A stretch of 64,000 nt of DNA from Diplonema japonicum (lineage: Eukaryota; Protista; Euglenozoa: Diplonemea). The position numbers and the translations under genes were made by a program. Below, one piece after another: positions 45,501-56,744 of this stretch; positions within the stretch are counted from its first letter, which is position 1, and each line of letters starts with the position of its first letter. The notes beneath the pieces are model-generated. The model ran no database searches. It was not told the DNA's origin and saw only the letters and a list, made by a program, of their open reading frames with translations. The stretch is from positions 372,001 to 436,000 of the forward strand of contig OZ025685.1 of assembly GCA_964019335.1 (NCBI GenBank), in the 5' to 3' direction.

Positions 45501-46140
45501 CTTGCCTCTGGGATGTCAGCATGGGGATTCATGGGGGGCACAGCACCTGAGCACCCGACCTGGTCCAAGGAGTTCAAAACCCACGTCCACGAGGCTCTGG
45601 TGAACAAGACAGTCGAGTCCACCGCCAAGGTTGTGAAGGTCATCGACACCACTTTGCAAGAAATGAAGTGCGGGAACGACAAGTGCACGCTCTTCACCAA
45701 TGTTACCTGCGAAGAGTGCGGCACTATCTGCAAGGAATGTGCTAAGACCTGCTTCTCCCACAAAACGACGCGCCTGCAAGACGGGTCCCCTACTGCACTA
45801 GTGTATCTCAAGAACCGCCTTCTCAGCCTTTCGGAAGGAGAGGGCTCTTTGGAGCACTTTTCGATTGGTCTCGATCTTAGGGAAAAACCCGCAGAGAGCT
45901 GGCTTGGGTACAGCCAACCAATGCACCAGCATAGCTTTACAAGACAATCAAGTGTGCATAGCCGTGCTAGCCAGTTGGTATGGGGGAGAAATGAAGAAAG
46001 AAAAAAATAATAAATAGGAGCAGAGAAGTTTTGATAGCAGCCCCCCCAACGTGCGAGCGGCTTCTGGTTTTGTTAGTCCTGTGAACCGTGTGCTGAACCC
46101 TCTGCCTCCTCAGGCTGCAAAGTATAAGCAGAGTGACTGA
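42543..46140 (+). CDS. Receptor-type adenylate cyclase: signal peptide-DOMON-cytochrome b561-cytochrome b5-class III AC-degenerate AC-Cys/His zinc module (1185 aa); exons 42543-45977 and 46018-46140
   Basis: DOMON GWLGISF..GAM..DAVIG..DMH. b561 His residues in LHAALMVSAW, FHLHV, HEHKNVG and VHPNIGR. b5 HPGG/QHS. AC FTDIQSSTQLW, YEVKTIGDAFM, DFFGNTVNKAARVE. Intron 45978-46017 is conserved with the paralogue. Confidence 0.9.
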
Positions 46141-46563
46141 AGGGGCTTTGGTTCAGAGTGATTGTCGAAGCTGGTGATCAGCAACAGGGGGTCGCATGAG
46201 CGACGAAAAGAGGGCCGATAGAGACACCTAGCCACCTGCTGGTGTTCATAACGAAAAGGCCCTGTGAGTATAGGTACGGTGAGGGGCTCAGTGCCACAGT
46301 ATTTCTTCCTACTTTCTATCTACCTTTGCCTCCCCCCCCCCCCCCGTCCACCCTAGCATAATCCCTTTTACGACACGTGCCCCTTTCAACACGAATGCTG
46401 CCTCAAGTTGTGGTGTTCGACTCTCTGAATGCCAAAATGCCATCCTTAAGGCCATCTTGCAAAGCAACGCTTGTTGGTACCCGTGTTCCTCTTAAGTTTT
46501 TTTTTATTTTTTTATTGTTTTTAAATGTTTTTAAAAAGTTATTCTACTTTGTTTGTTTCTTCT

Positions 46564-46607
<44 letters not shown>

Positions 46608-46861
46608 TTAGGCGATCCTGTCACATACTGCAGGTTCCCTCAAAGACATCTTTTTTTTTTTTTTTTTGGCCGCGAGAAGGCGGTGGGGATCATGCGGTTT
46701 CTAGACACGCTGGTTGAAAAACAAAAGGAAGTGCCTTCCCAGCCTAGCCATGCAAGAACGTGTGATCCCTGCTCTCCATACGTCGTTGGCTTTGGAGTGC
46801 CCCTGACAAGAGAGGATTGGAAGGTGACAACTGTCAGCATAAGGTAGGCACGCCCACCACC

Positions 46862-46900
46862 GGTGGGCCGTTGCTACCCACTTCATTTCCTAGAGTGAAC
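46862..46900 (+). repeat. Short T-tailed dispersed repeat family (copies at 30241, 46862, 55055, 57424)
   Basis: Consensus GGYGGGCCGTTGCTAACCACTTCGTTCCTA..(A)GTGA followed by a T run; the 30241 copy is truncated. Confidence 0.65.
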
Positions 46901-47049
46901 TTTTTTTTTTTTTTCCAACCTCCATGAGGGGTTTGTCCTGCACTTTGAGTTTTTTTTATCCCTCCCCCTCTAATTTAAAAGTTTTAAAAAGTCTGGATTT
47001 TTTGTGAACTTTTTTTTTTTTTTTAAGAACCTCTTCGGGAGAAGCGAAA

Positions 47050-47108
<59 letters not shown>

Positions 47109-47804
47109 GAAAAACTCACGTTGCACGTTGTTCTCCTGTCAACAATCTCAGAAGGGGTAGGATATAGCTAATAGGGGGTCGCGCCTGTCATGTCCCCCAT
47201 TGGTCTTTTTTTTTCCCTCCCCCCCCCCCCTGCCGGTGAAGAGAGAGAAGCATTATAACCAAAAGAATGAAAAGGCCAGAATTTGACCCTTTTAATCCCA
47301 TAGAAGTAGCCGCCACCATTTCACTTTATCACACTTGTCATTGGGCGACGGGTGGGTCGCAAGATGCTGTTCTCTCTCTCTCTCTCTCCCCCCCCCCCCC
47401 CCCCTTTTTGCCACGCAAGCTCTCATCTCGTGTTGGCTGATAAATTAGTACCGTCTTCAAGGGAAGAATTTTCGGAGAGTGAATAGAATAGCTGAGTAAT
47501 TCGCGCTATGTTGCCCTTAGATAAGGTTCGATGGAATTGAGCCTCTCCGATTCATGGTGAAAGTTTTCTGGCGATTGATATCCAGTAGTTTCTTCTTCTT
47601 CTTTTCAATTAGAGTATTTCGCCCCCGTGATACGGTGCCACCCTCCCTTTTTTTTTTCCCCCCCCTTCTTCTTTCCATCTTTTAATCTTTCGTGTGAACT
47701 TGAAAATAGGGAGAGAAGTAAAAAAGATTTTTTAAAAAAAAAAAATAACCTAAGTCTATCTGTTTCTTTTAGGGTGGTTCTCAAGTGGGGATTTGCTCTC
47801 TCTC

Positions 47805-47835
<31 letters not shown>

Positions 47836-48729
47836 TGAATTGTTAGTGCTAAAAAGAGTAGTGGTGGCATTTGTCGGGGCTTATCCTTTTTACAGGTTAA
47901 CCCCGGCTGTGCACAAAACAACAATCAACAGACTCTCTCTCTCTCTCTCTCTCTTCCCCCTCCCCCTTTTTTTTATCTACGCCCTTCGTCATCTACTTTC
48001 GCTCACGTGGTAATGAGGAACAAAAAAAAAAAATGCTTCGATTTTTCGACGAGTTTTGTCCGCGATGCCTTTTTTTTAAATTTTTTTTTTTAAATTTCTT
48101 TTTACCATATTTGCAGATTTATAGGCAGTTTGAGTCCGGTGAGCAAATGAGCGAATGGGGGTATATATAAAAAAATAAAAATAAAAAAAAAAAAAAAAAA
48201 CAAATAAACGAAACGAAGCGAAAAATGAGCCGTAATTTTAACTCTTGTTGCCCCGTTGTTTTTTCTTTTTTTTTTTCTTAGTGCAAAAGAAGAAGAGAAG
48301 AAGGGAGGGGGGGGGGAAAAAAACATGCATTGGAAGACAGAGTTAAATTATGACTTTATTATTTGTTTGGTGAATAAAAAAATTTTTTTTTCTTCTTCTT
48401 CTTCTTGTGTCACAAATGGGGCCCAGCGCTGCGTGGAATATGCAAAGCAGAATGCAGAATCTGAACAGAACAGACCATGCTAAGCCCTGCGAAAGCTATT
48501 CCTGTCGACGACACCCGACTAGACTGCCAACGCAGTCTGACCACCGCAGTCGGCACCCACCAATGACGCAACGAAAAAAAAAAAAAAAAAAAAAAAAAAA
48601 ACTTTTTTCTTCTCTTAATCCACACAACATTTGTAACATGTCTTTCAAGGCTCTGAAAAAAACGTAAAAAAAAAAAAAATAAAAAAAAAACAACAAAACA
48701 GGCCAGGGGTCACAACAGGAAACTCACAC

Positions 48730-51700
48730 ATGAGGGCTTCCTATGTTGCCCGGTACACGGTGCTTGTGGCGTTGCTAATATTAATAAGCGGGGAACGAGC
48801 AAACGCGCAGACCTTAGGAAGCGGTATTCGCGCCGTCTACCACGAACAATATCTACCTGTGGTAAATAGATGCGCTGAGATATTGCGCGCGGCAAAACAA
48901 CCCATGCTGCCTCTCGTGGTGAGGCTGGGCTGGCATGCTATGGGAAACTATGACAGGAATCTGGTCCCGCGTGGGGGCTCGAACGGGGGATGCATCAGAA
49001 TGCTCCCCGAAAGCGCGGATCCTGCCAACAACGGAATCGAACTCGCACGCGAGGTGATAGACCCCGTGAAGACACAATTTACCTTTATCACGTTTGCAGA
49101 TTTATATGTCCTCGCGGCTAATACTGCTCTTGAAATGATGGGTAGTCTTCCTCTCTACTTCACCCCTGGGAGGGTGGACTACCGCAATACAGACCCAACC
49201 CCGAACCCGCAGTGCGTCCCTGCCGGGAGAATGCCCAGAAAACACATTCAAGATGACGTATACCCTTTCCCAGCTAGCAGGGACTATCATTACAAGAAGT
49301 TCAAGGAGTTTGGGTTTAACATAATCGACGCATCTGGGGTGGTGGACGAGGTCGCCCTGCACGAATCCATCGCTCTGATGGGCGGGCACAGCATCGGCGG
49401 GATGCACATTGACAGGAGCAGGAACGAGGGGAACTGGACGACCACGCCCTTTATCTTCAACAACGAGTACTTCCAAGTGCTGTTCGACTTCAACTGGTCG
49501 GTGACCACGGCCACTGATAGGGCGGATCTAGACCTGCAGTATGAGGAGAACGGGCTTGTGATGCTCCCATCCGACCTCTCGTTGAAGTTCTTCCCCGAGG
49601 TGGGGCGGGCCGTCGAGAACTTTGCGAAGAACGAGACCTCCTTCAAGTTATACTTCCAAACAGCGTGGGCCAAACTGTCCGGCAACGGTGTGACGCCAGC
49701 ACCAGGGTCTGACATTGTGCCCACCCCCGCACCGCCTAGCATGTCGTGCATCCCATCTACGCTGCAGCGTGTGTCGAACGAGACCTACACATGCACACGC
49801 GAGTTGTCGCTAAGCTCGCTCTCGCTGCACTGGACATACAGCTCTCTCGATAGTATGCTGTACTTTGCGGTGCAGAGCGGCACAACGGGTTGGCTTGGAA
49901 TAAGTTTCCCCTCAATACCTGGTGCCATGGTACCCGCGGATGCCGTCATCGGGTCCAGCGCCGGTGTGATGCCGTACAGCGTGACCGGACGAACTGAATC
50001 CACTGTTGTCCCCAGCGAACTGGCACGATCGGCACTAAAACTACAAGGCGAGGTCATGGAACAAGTGAGCGGAATGACAACAATCAAGGCGGCCATAACC
50101 ACGACCACAATCGACGGCTCGGGTTCTGGGCTTGTGGCCATCAACGTCGCCCGTGACCCCACAGAAACACTCCTCAGGAAGCACAAGCTGACGGAAGTGA
50201 CCTCCATCACCGTTGACCTTGCATCTGGTGACGTGACTGTCATCAGCAGCAACATCAAATTCTACCGAAGACTGCATGCGGCGTTGATGGTATCAGCTTG
50301 GTGCTACATCCTCCCCGGCGGCATCATCATCAAAAGGTACGGGAAGCGTGTGTTCGGGATATCTGATTCCATGAAAACGGGTGTGGTGGGGATGGGTTTC
50401 AGGCTCCACGTGGCGTGCATGCTGATAAGCACAGTGTTGATCACGGCGGCCTTTGCCATAGCGGTGACGCAGCTGAACACGGGGGCTTTGCTCGAGAAGC
50501 ACGAGCACAAGAACGTGGGGTACGCTGTGTACGCACTGATGGCGGCGTCACCGCTGCTTGGCCTGATTGGGCCTCTCTTCACACCGTTGCCGACATCGAA
50601 GGGGAGGAACCTGTTTTCCATTGTGCACCCCAACATTGGGCGTGTGGCATACATCATGTCTGTGTTCCAGTGCTTCTCGGGGGCCGAGCGCCTGGAACAG
50701 GGCGACCCTGACGCCGCAACCCAGTTCCGCTACGCTGTTGTGATCGGGCTGACAGTGACAGTGACAACTGTCGTATTGCTGGAGTTCATCAACAGATTCT
50801 GCAATATCCGTAGCCGGCGGCGCAACACGCTCTTCCTGGGGTCGGCTGGGCCGACGAAGATCTCATGGTCAGATGTGCACGAGCACGCAGGCAAGATGGA
50901 CCCCTGGCTGGTCATTGACGGCAGGGTGTACGCCATCTCGTCGTGGCTCGACACGCATCCCGGCGGTGGCGAGGTGCTGCTGCAGTGTGCTGGCAGCGAT
51001 GCGACGGACGCCTTCAACATCATACAGCACAGCGAGACTGCGAGGGAAAAACTCGAGAAGTTCTTCGTGGGCGAAGTGGAGGACATCCGGATGGACCATG
51101 CCATCGAGCTGACGGAGGAGATAGCCAATGCGATGGTTGAGCTGGACCTGGACGAAGCGGCCATCCTCATCAAGGAGGCGCAGGCGGAGGTCCCAAGGTC
51201 AATGCTGACTGCGTTTTCCAGTCTTCTGGAAAACCTGTGCACCTACAAGCCCTTCCTTCCTGCATCTCTCACCACGCTGGAGAATACCGCCACGAACCGC
51301 AACGCAGAAAGCGCAAGGCCCGTCGACAGGGTGGCCCGCCTCATCGAGGCCAGCCCTCCCACCCACGCGGTCTTAGCCTTCACAGACATCCAGTCCTCCA
51401 CCCAGCTGTGGGAGGCCTGCCCTAACGGCATGACAGTCGGTTTGGCGAAACACAACGAAGTGATGCGGTCCGTCCTCAAGGACTGCCAAGGCTACGAGGT
51501 GAAGACCATCGGCGACGCCTTCATGGTTTCTTTCAAAGACTCTTTCAATGGACTGAAGTTTGGGATCAACGTACAAATTGCCCTAACTCAAGCCAACTGG
51601 CCTGCGTCCCTCCTCGAGCATACTTTGTGCACCGAAGTGTGCTCGAAGTCAGGGCACCTCACCTGGGCAGGGCCCAGGGTGCGCATCGGCCTGCACAAGG

Positions 51701-53294
51701 GTGACGTCGAACCGCAGGCGAACCCCACCACCGGAAGGATCGACTTTTTTGGCAACACAGTGAACAAGGCAGCCCGGGTTGAGGGTGTGGCGGTAGGGGG
51801 CACCGTTGCCGTCACTGAGGAGTTCCTTTCTGGGCTGACCCAAGAGGAGTTGAGCAGTTTCGGTGCAATCGATATGACACCCTTGGGGAAGGTCCCTTTG
51901 AAGGGTGTGAAGCAGCTCTCCAACATCACAGTCCTCCTCCCAGAGATTCTCAAGGAGCGCAAGCAAGAAGTCCTCAAGAACCTCTACGCGAAGAGGGCCG
52001 GCGACAAACCGCGGGACGTGCCTGCCTCACCCTTGTCTGTGCCCTTGTCACCGACCGTAGGGAGCGGCCTCACTGGGAGTGTGCGGATGTCGCGCAGCCC
52101 ATTCTTCTCATCACTAGCGACGTGTGTCACAGTGAAGGTGAACTTCGCGTTCTTGAAGCAGATGTCGACGGCAGGTGAGGAGATCAACTCTGTCTTCTCG
52201 ACCATCATCGAGCTGGCGAACAGGACGGAGGCGGTGGTGCAGGCACTGTACGGGGGCATGGTGCTGCTCACGTGGAACCTGACAAAACGCTGTTCCCAGC
52301 ATTCCATGCAGGCATGTAAGTTCGCGACAATGCTGTCGCAGCACGGGACGGGGAAAGTCTCACATGGGACTGTATGGGGTGATGCAGTAAATCTGGGGAT
52401 TACATCAGGAGTTGCAGTATATGGGAAGGTTGGAACAGAGACACAAAAGTCTATCGCGATGGTAGGGAGTGTGGTGGAACTGAGCGCAAAGGTGGCGGAC
52501 TTCTGCGAGAGGGTAGGGTGCTACGCGGGGGTGGGGTCCATCCCCATGCTCCGTGGGGTCATCGACGAGCCCACAGTGACGAACCACACAAGGATCCTGG
52601 ACATGTGGAACATTGGAGGCGGTGAGACAGTTACCGTTCATGAACTTGAAACCCTCGGACTTGCCTCTGGGATGTCAGCATGGGGATTCATGGGGGGCAC
52701 AGCACCTGAGCACCCGACCTGGTCCAAGGAGTTCAAAACCCACGTCCACGAGGCTCTGGTGAACAAGACAGTCGAGTCCACCGCCAAGGTTGTGAAGGTC
52801 ATCGACACCACTTTGCAAGAAATGAAGTGCGGGAACGACAAGTGCACGCTCTTCACCAGTGTTACCTGCGAAGAGTGCGGCACTATCTGCAAGGAATGTG
52901 CGAAGGTCTGCGTTTCCCACAAAACGACGCGCCTGCAAGACGGGTCCCCTACTGCACTAGTGAATCTCAAGAACAACCTTCTCAGCCTTTCGGAAGGAGA
53001 GAGCTCTTTGGAGCACTTTTCGATTGGTCTCGATCTTAGGGAAAAACCTACAGAGGGGTGGCTTGGGTACAGCCAACCAATGCACACGAAAAGCTTTACA
53101 AGACACTCAAGCATGCATAGTAGTCAGATTAGCCAGTTGGTATATGAGGGAAAGAAGAAAGAAAAAATAATAATAAATAGGAGCGAAGTTTTGATGGTGG
53201 TTCTCCCAACGTGCGAGCGGCTTCTGGTTTTGTTAGTCCTGTGAACCGTGTGCTGAACCCTCTGCCTCCTCAGGCTGCAAAGTACGCGAAATGA
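48730..53294 (+). CDS. Heme peroxidase (APX/CcP class I)-DOMON-cytochrome b561-cytochrome b5-adenylate cyclase fusion (1507 aa); exons 48730-53139 and 53181-53294
   Basis: Distal VRLGWH, GGSNGG, ANNG, FADLYVLA, PGRVD, proximal ALMGGHSIG, EGNWT and MLPSD. The remainder is near-identical to 42543-46140. Intron 53140-53180 (GTATAT..ATAG). Confidence 0.92.
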
Positions 53295-53615
53295 TGAAAT
53301 GGGGTGGCCAGGTTTTTTTGTTTTCCCCAGAAAATGGGGGGGAGTATCATTAGATGAGACTTGTGTCCACTACGGTGGCTGCGGTTAATACTTCACCCCC
53401 CCGCCAATCATAGTGATTCTTCTTGTCACTGAAAAAAAGATTTTTTTTATTTGATCGAAGCATGGTGTTTGACTTGTCTTTTTTTCTTTTTTTTTTTTTT
53501 TTTTTTGGAGAGAAGCAAACCCCGACGGCACCAGGATTTATCAATCGTAGAAAGGTGACAGGCCAACCAGCGCACTGAAAACAAAAAAAAAAAAAAGAAA
53601 AAAAAATAGACGACT

Positions 53616-53654
<39 letters not shown>

Positions 53655-54576
53655 GTTTGGGCCTTTCCTGCAGGAGAAAAAAAAAAGATTTTTTTTCCTG
53701 GGTCGTCGATTCAGCTCTCCCCTACCCCGCCCCATCAGTATGACCGAGTCAAATTTAAAGCTTCTCTCAAAAAAAAAAAAGATTTTAATCAAAAGTCCCC
53801 CCTCCCCTAATTCGGTATTTTCTTATTTGTCTCTTCTCCCTTTTTTTGTGTATTATTCGTGTTTTGTATTTAAGTTTTTTTTTCTTTATTTAGGTCATGG
53901 GGTGCATGTTTTAAACAAGAAAAATAAAAGACGGGGGGGGGGGGGGGGGGGGGGGAGGGGGATCGTCGGAAATTTAGTTGCTTCTTATTTTGAGTTATAA
54001 AAATATCCGGACTGAAGGAATGCACGTACCCACAAACTAAAAGAGAAAAAAAAGAAAAGAAGAAGAAGAAGAATAAAGAAAAGAAGAAAAAACAAAAGAA
54101 ATTGCTAGCCTTTTCTTTGTGTTCTTTTATTTTTTTTTATTTTTCTTTTTTTTTGCCGCATATTTTTTTTTTTGAACCTTTTTATAGGGGTTAATAAGGT
54201 TCTATTTGCAACGCCCCCCCCCCCCCCCCCCCCCCCAACTAAGAACGATGAAAGAAGAAGAAAAAAAAATAATCGGATAATTAAGTCCACACTGAAACGC
54301 GAACCTTTTTTTTTTATTATTGAGAATAGCATGGATGGAGATACAAAGAAGTGTGATGTGTTGTTCGCTGTTGATGACCTCCTCGGCATCTTCACCGGTG
54401 GCACCCTAGTAGAAGAATGGACACAGAACAAGAGCTTACTTAGCACAGTGCTGTGTCGGGCGCCAAGCACACTTCCTTCAACCCGTATATAAATTATCGA
54501 TTTTTTTTCTTCCAGTTTCTTCACATACCTTTTTCCCCACTCATATTGTCTCTGTCCTTTCACAAGCTCTCTCTCT

Positions 54577-54619
<43 letters not shown>

Positions 54620-55171
54620 GCTGTTGTGCTCGGATAAGGGCCCGAATATATATTTTATTTTTTTTTTACTCATATTTCCTTTTTTTTCTCTCTTCATTCT
54701 TGTTTCCCCTCTTCCCGTCCCCCCACGACTCGGGATTTTGGTAGCCTGGAGCGGTGGGGCAGAGGAGCAGAATTTTTAAATGAAAAATGGAAAAAAACAA
54801 AAAAAAAAGAGCTGAAAATAGGATTATACACCCCCTCCCCTTGTTTATAAAAAAAGGTTAAAATTACAACTTCGAGAGAACGAAAGAAATATGAAGAAAA
54901 ACGAAAAGAGATGCGAAGTAGAGTGAGAACGGGGGGGGGGCTTACAAGGACCTCCTTTTTTTTAGCTCACATTTATTATTTCTTGTTTTTGCTTTTTGAT
55001 GACAAAGATGTATGAAGGTACAGACATCTAACAGCGCAACCCCACTTTTTTTTTGGCGGGCCATTGATAACCACTTCGTTCCTAGCGTAGTGAATTTTCT
55101 TTTTTAAACCTTCGAGAATCTGGATCTGTACTTTGAAGCACATTCGCCGAGATGAAAGGAAAAAAAAAAAA

Positions 55172-55925
55172 AATAACTATTTATTTAGTGAAAATAAGAT
55201 CGTATGATTTTCACGCGTGGTGGCAGTGGTTTAACGAGTGGGTATATGACTTCACGAGCGAAGCGAGTGAAGTAACATCAACGAGTTAAACATGCCACCA
55301 CAAGTGAAAATCAGATCTATTTTCACTAAATCCGTTGTTTTATTTAACGTCAGTCAGATTTGAAAGGGTGGGATATTACAGGTTACAAGTTACAAGTTAC
55401 AAGTTACAAGTTACAAGTTACAAGTTAAGATTTTACTGGGGGTGCTTATGGTTGATATTGATTGTCAAGGCATATGTGTAGTGCGGGCTGTGTGTCCATG
55501 AGTGCTGACAGGACCTCGGTCTGGACCTGTGGGGCTGCTGCCTGGGTTGCTGAGGTTGCCCCACTAGCAGCTGTCACCGCTGCTGGCTTGCCAAGCCCAC
55601 CTCTCTCCCCTTCTGTTGAGGGAGGCGACCAGATCCTTAGTGAGATTCCCAGATTCGAACCGGGGTTTCCAAAACAAGGGGCCTGTGTGGTAACCACTTA
55701 GGTGATTTCTTTTCCGTGTTTGCCCCCCAACCCCTTGCTGTGCAGTGAAAATAGGGCAAGCGTGAATATAAAGTACTTTGTTTTCACTCATAAAGTAATT
55801 TTTCATTTCTGCCCCTGTTTTCTTCCTAAAACAAGCCTGAAATCTGCAATGAAAATAAAGTGAAGCGTGAAATAATGTGAAATATAATATTCACTCTTGA
55901 AAATCTGACTGGAGTTATATAAAAT
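55172..55925 (-). mobile_element. Non-autonomous Crypton-like element
   Basis: Starts AATAACTATTTATTTAGTGAAAATA; ~150-bp palindrome centred on CACGAGCGAAGCGAGTG (55253-55269), the same core as at 8711; GTGAAA-rich other end. Confidence 0.6.
55382..55423 (+). repeat. (GTTACAA)6 tandem repeat inside the Crypton-like element
   Basis: Six perfect heptamers read directly. Confidence 0.95.
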
Positions 55926-56027
55926 AAATAAATAAAGTACTGAAAAACTGAAAAAGAAAAAAAAAAAAAGTGCTGGTCTGACAACTTGTCCGAGTTTTTT
56001 CGGCACCCTGGCACTTGACAGCCCGAC

Positions 56028-56062
<35 letters not shown>

Positions 56063-56080
56063 CTTGAGAATAACAACGTA

Positions 56081-56690
56081 CATGGTAACCAAATAACTTT
56101 TTTCCACTCAAGTCTGTAAGCAGAATTTCCACCACTGTTTACGGTAACCCACAACTTTTTTTCCACTCTCCACGGTAGCCTACAACTTTTTTTCCACTCA
56201 AATGGTTTTTTTGTAAGAATTTTCCACTCTCCACGACCAATTTTTATTTCCACTAAACACGGTAACCCACAACTTTTTTTCCAACGTCCGCGGTAGAGGT
56301 CTGTGTGCACTTGGGAAAAACGTGCAGGCACAGCCAGGGCTCGGAAAGACACCAAGAATTGGAAGCGAAGTGAGACAGAAGGGAAAAATAAGTGCAGAAC
56401 CCTCATTACTCAACTGCTGTTCCACAGCCCAGTTGAAGTCCCAGCCTTCAGGGTAGTCACCCATTTCTCTTAAAAGGTCTTTTTCCCTTTTCTTTTGCGA
56501 TGACATCATGTTTTGCCCCCCTCGCTACATTTCGTACCAAACCCCAATGAGGCATAGAAATGTCGGAGGTTACCGTGGACGGTGGAAAAAAAGTTAGTGG
56601 TTGCATAAGGGAAATTGTTGTTACCGTGAACGGTGGAAAAAAAGTTGGAGGCTTAAGGCGACGGTGGAAAAAAGTTATTTGGTTACCGTG
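56081..56690. mobile_element. TIR element with TA target duplication (Tc1/mariner-superfamily-like, non-autonomous)
   Basis: TA|CATGGTAACCAAATAACTTTTTTCCAC ... GTGGAAAAAAGTTATTTGGTTACCGTG|TA; several subterminal CGGTAACC.ACAACTTTTTTCCA repeats. Confidence 0.75.
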
Positions 56691-56713
56691 TACATTGTTT
56701 TTCCCTTTTTTTC

Positions 56714-56744
<31 letters not shown>

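Noticed and set aside
55382-55423. (GTTACAA)6 as an interstitial telomere
   Set aside because: Not a G-rich telomeric motif, and it lies inside a transposon remnant.
56100-56290. Spaced repeats resembling a CRISPR array (also 58910-58970 and 57850-57940)
   Set aside because: Irregular, degenerate and mirrored at the opposite end of TIR elements, so they are subterminal transposon repeats; no cas genes and a eukaryotic context.
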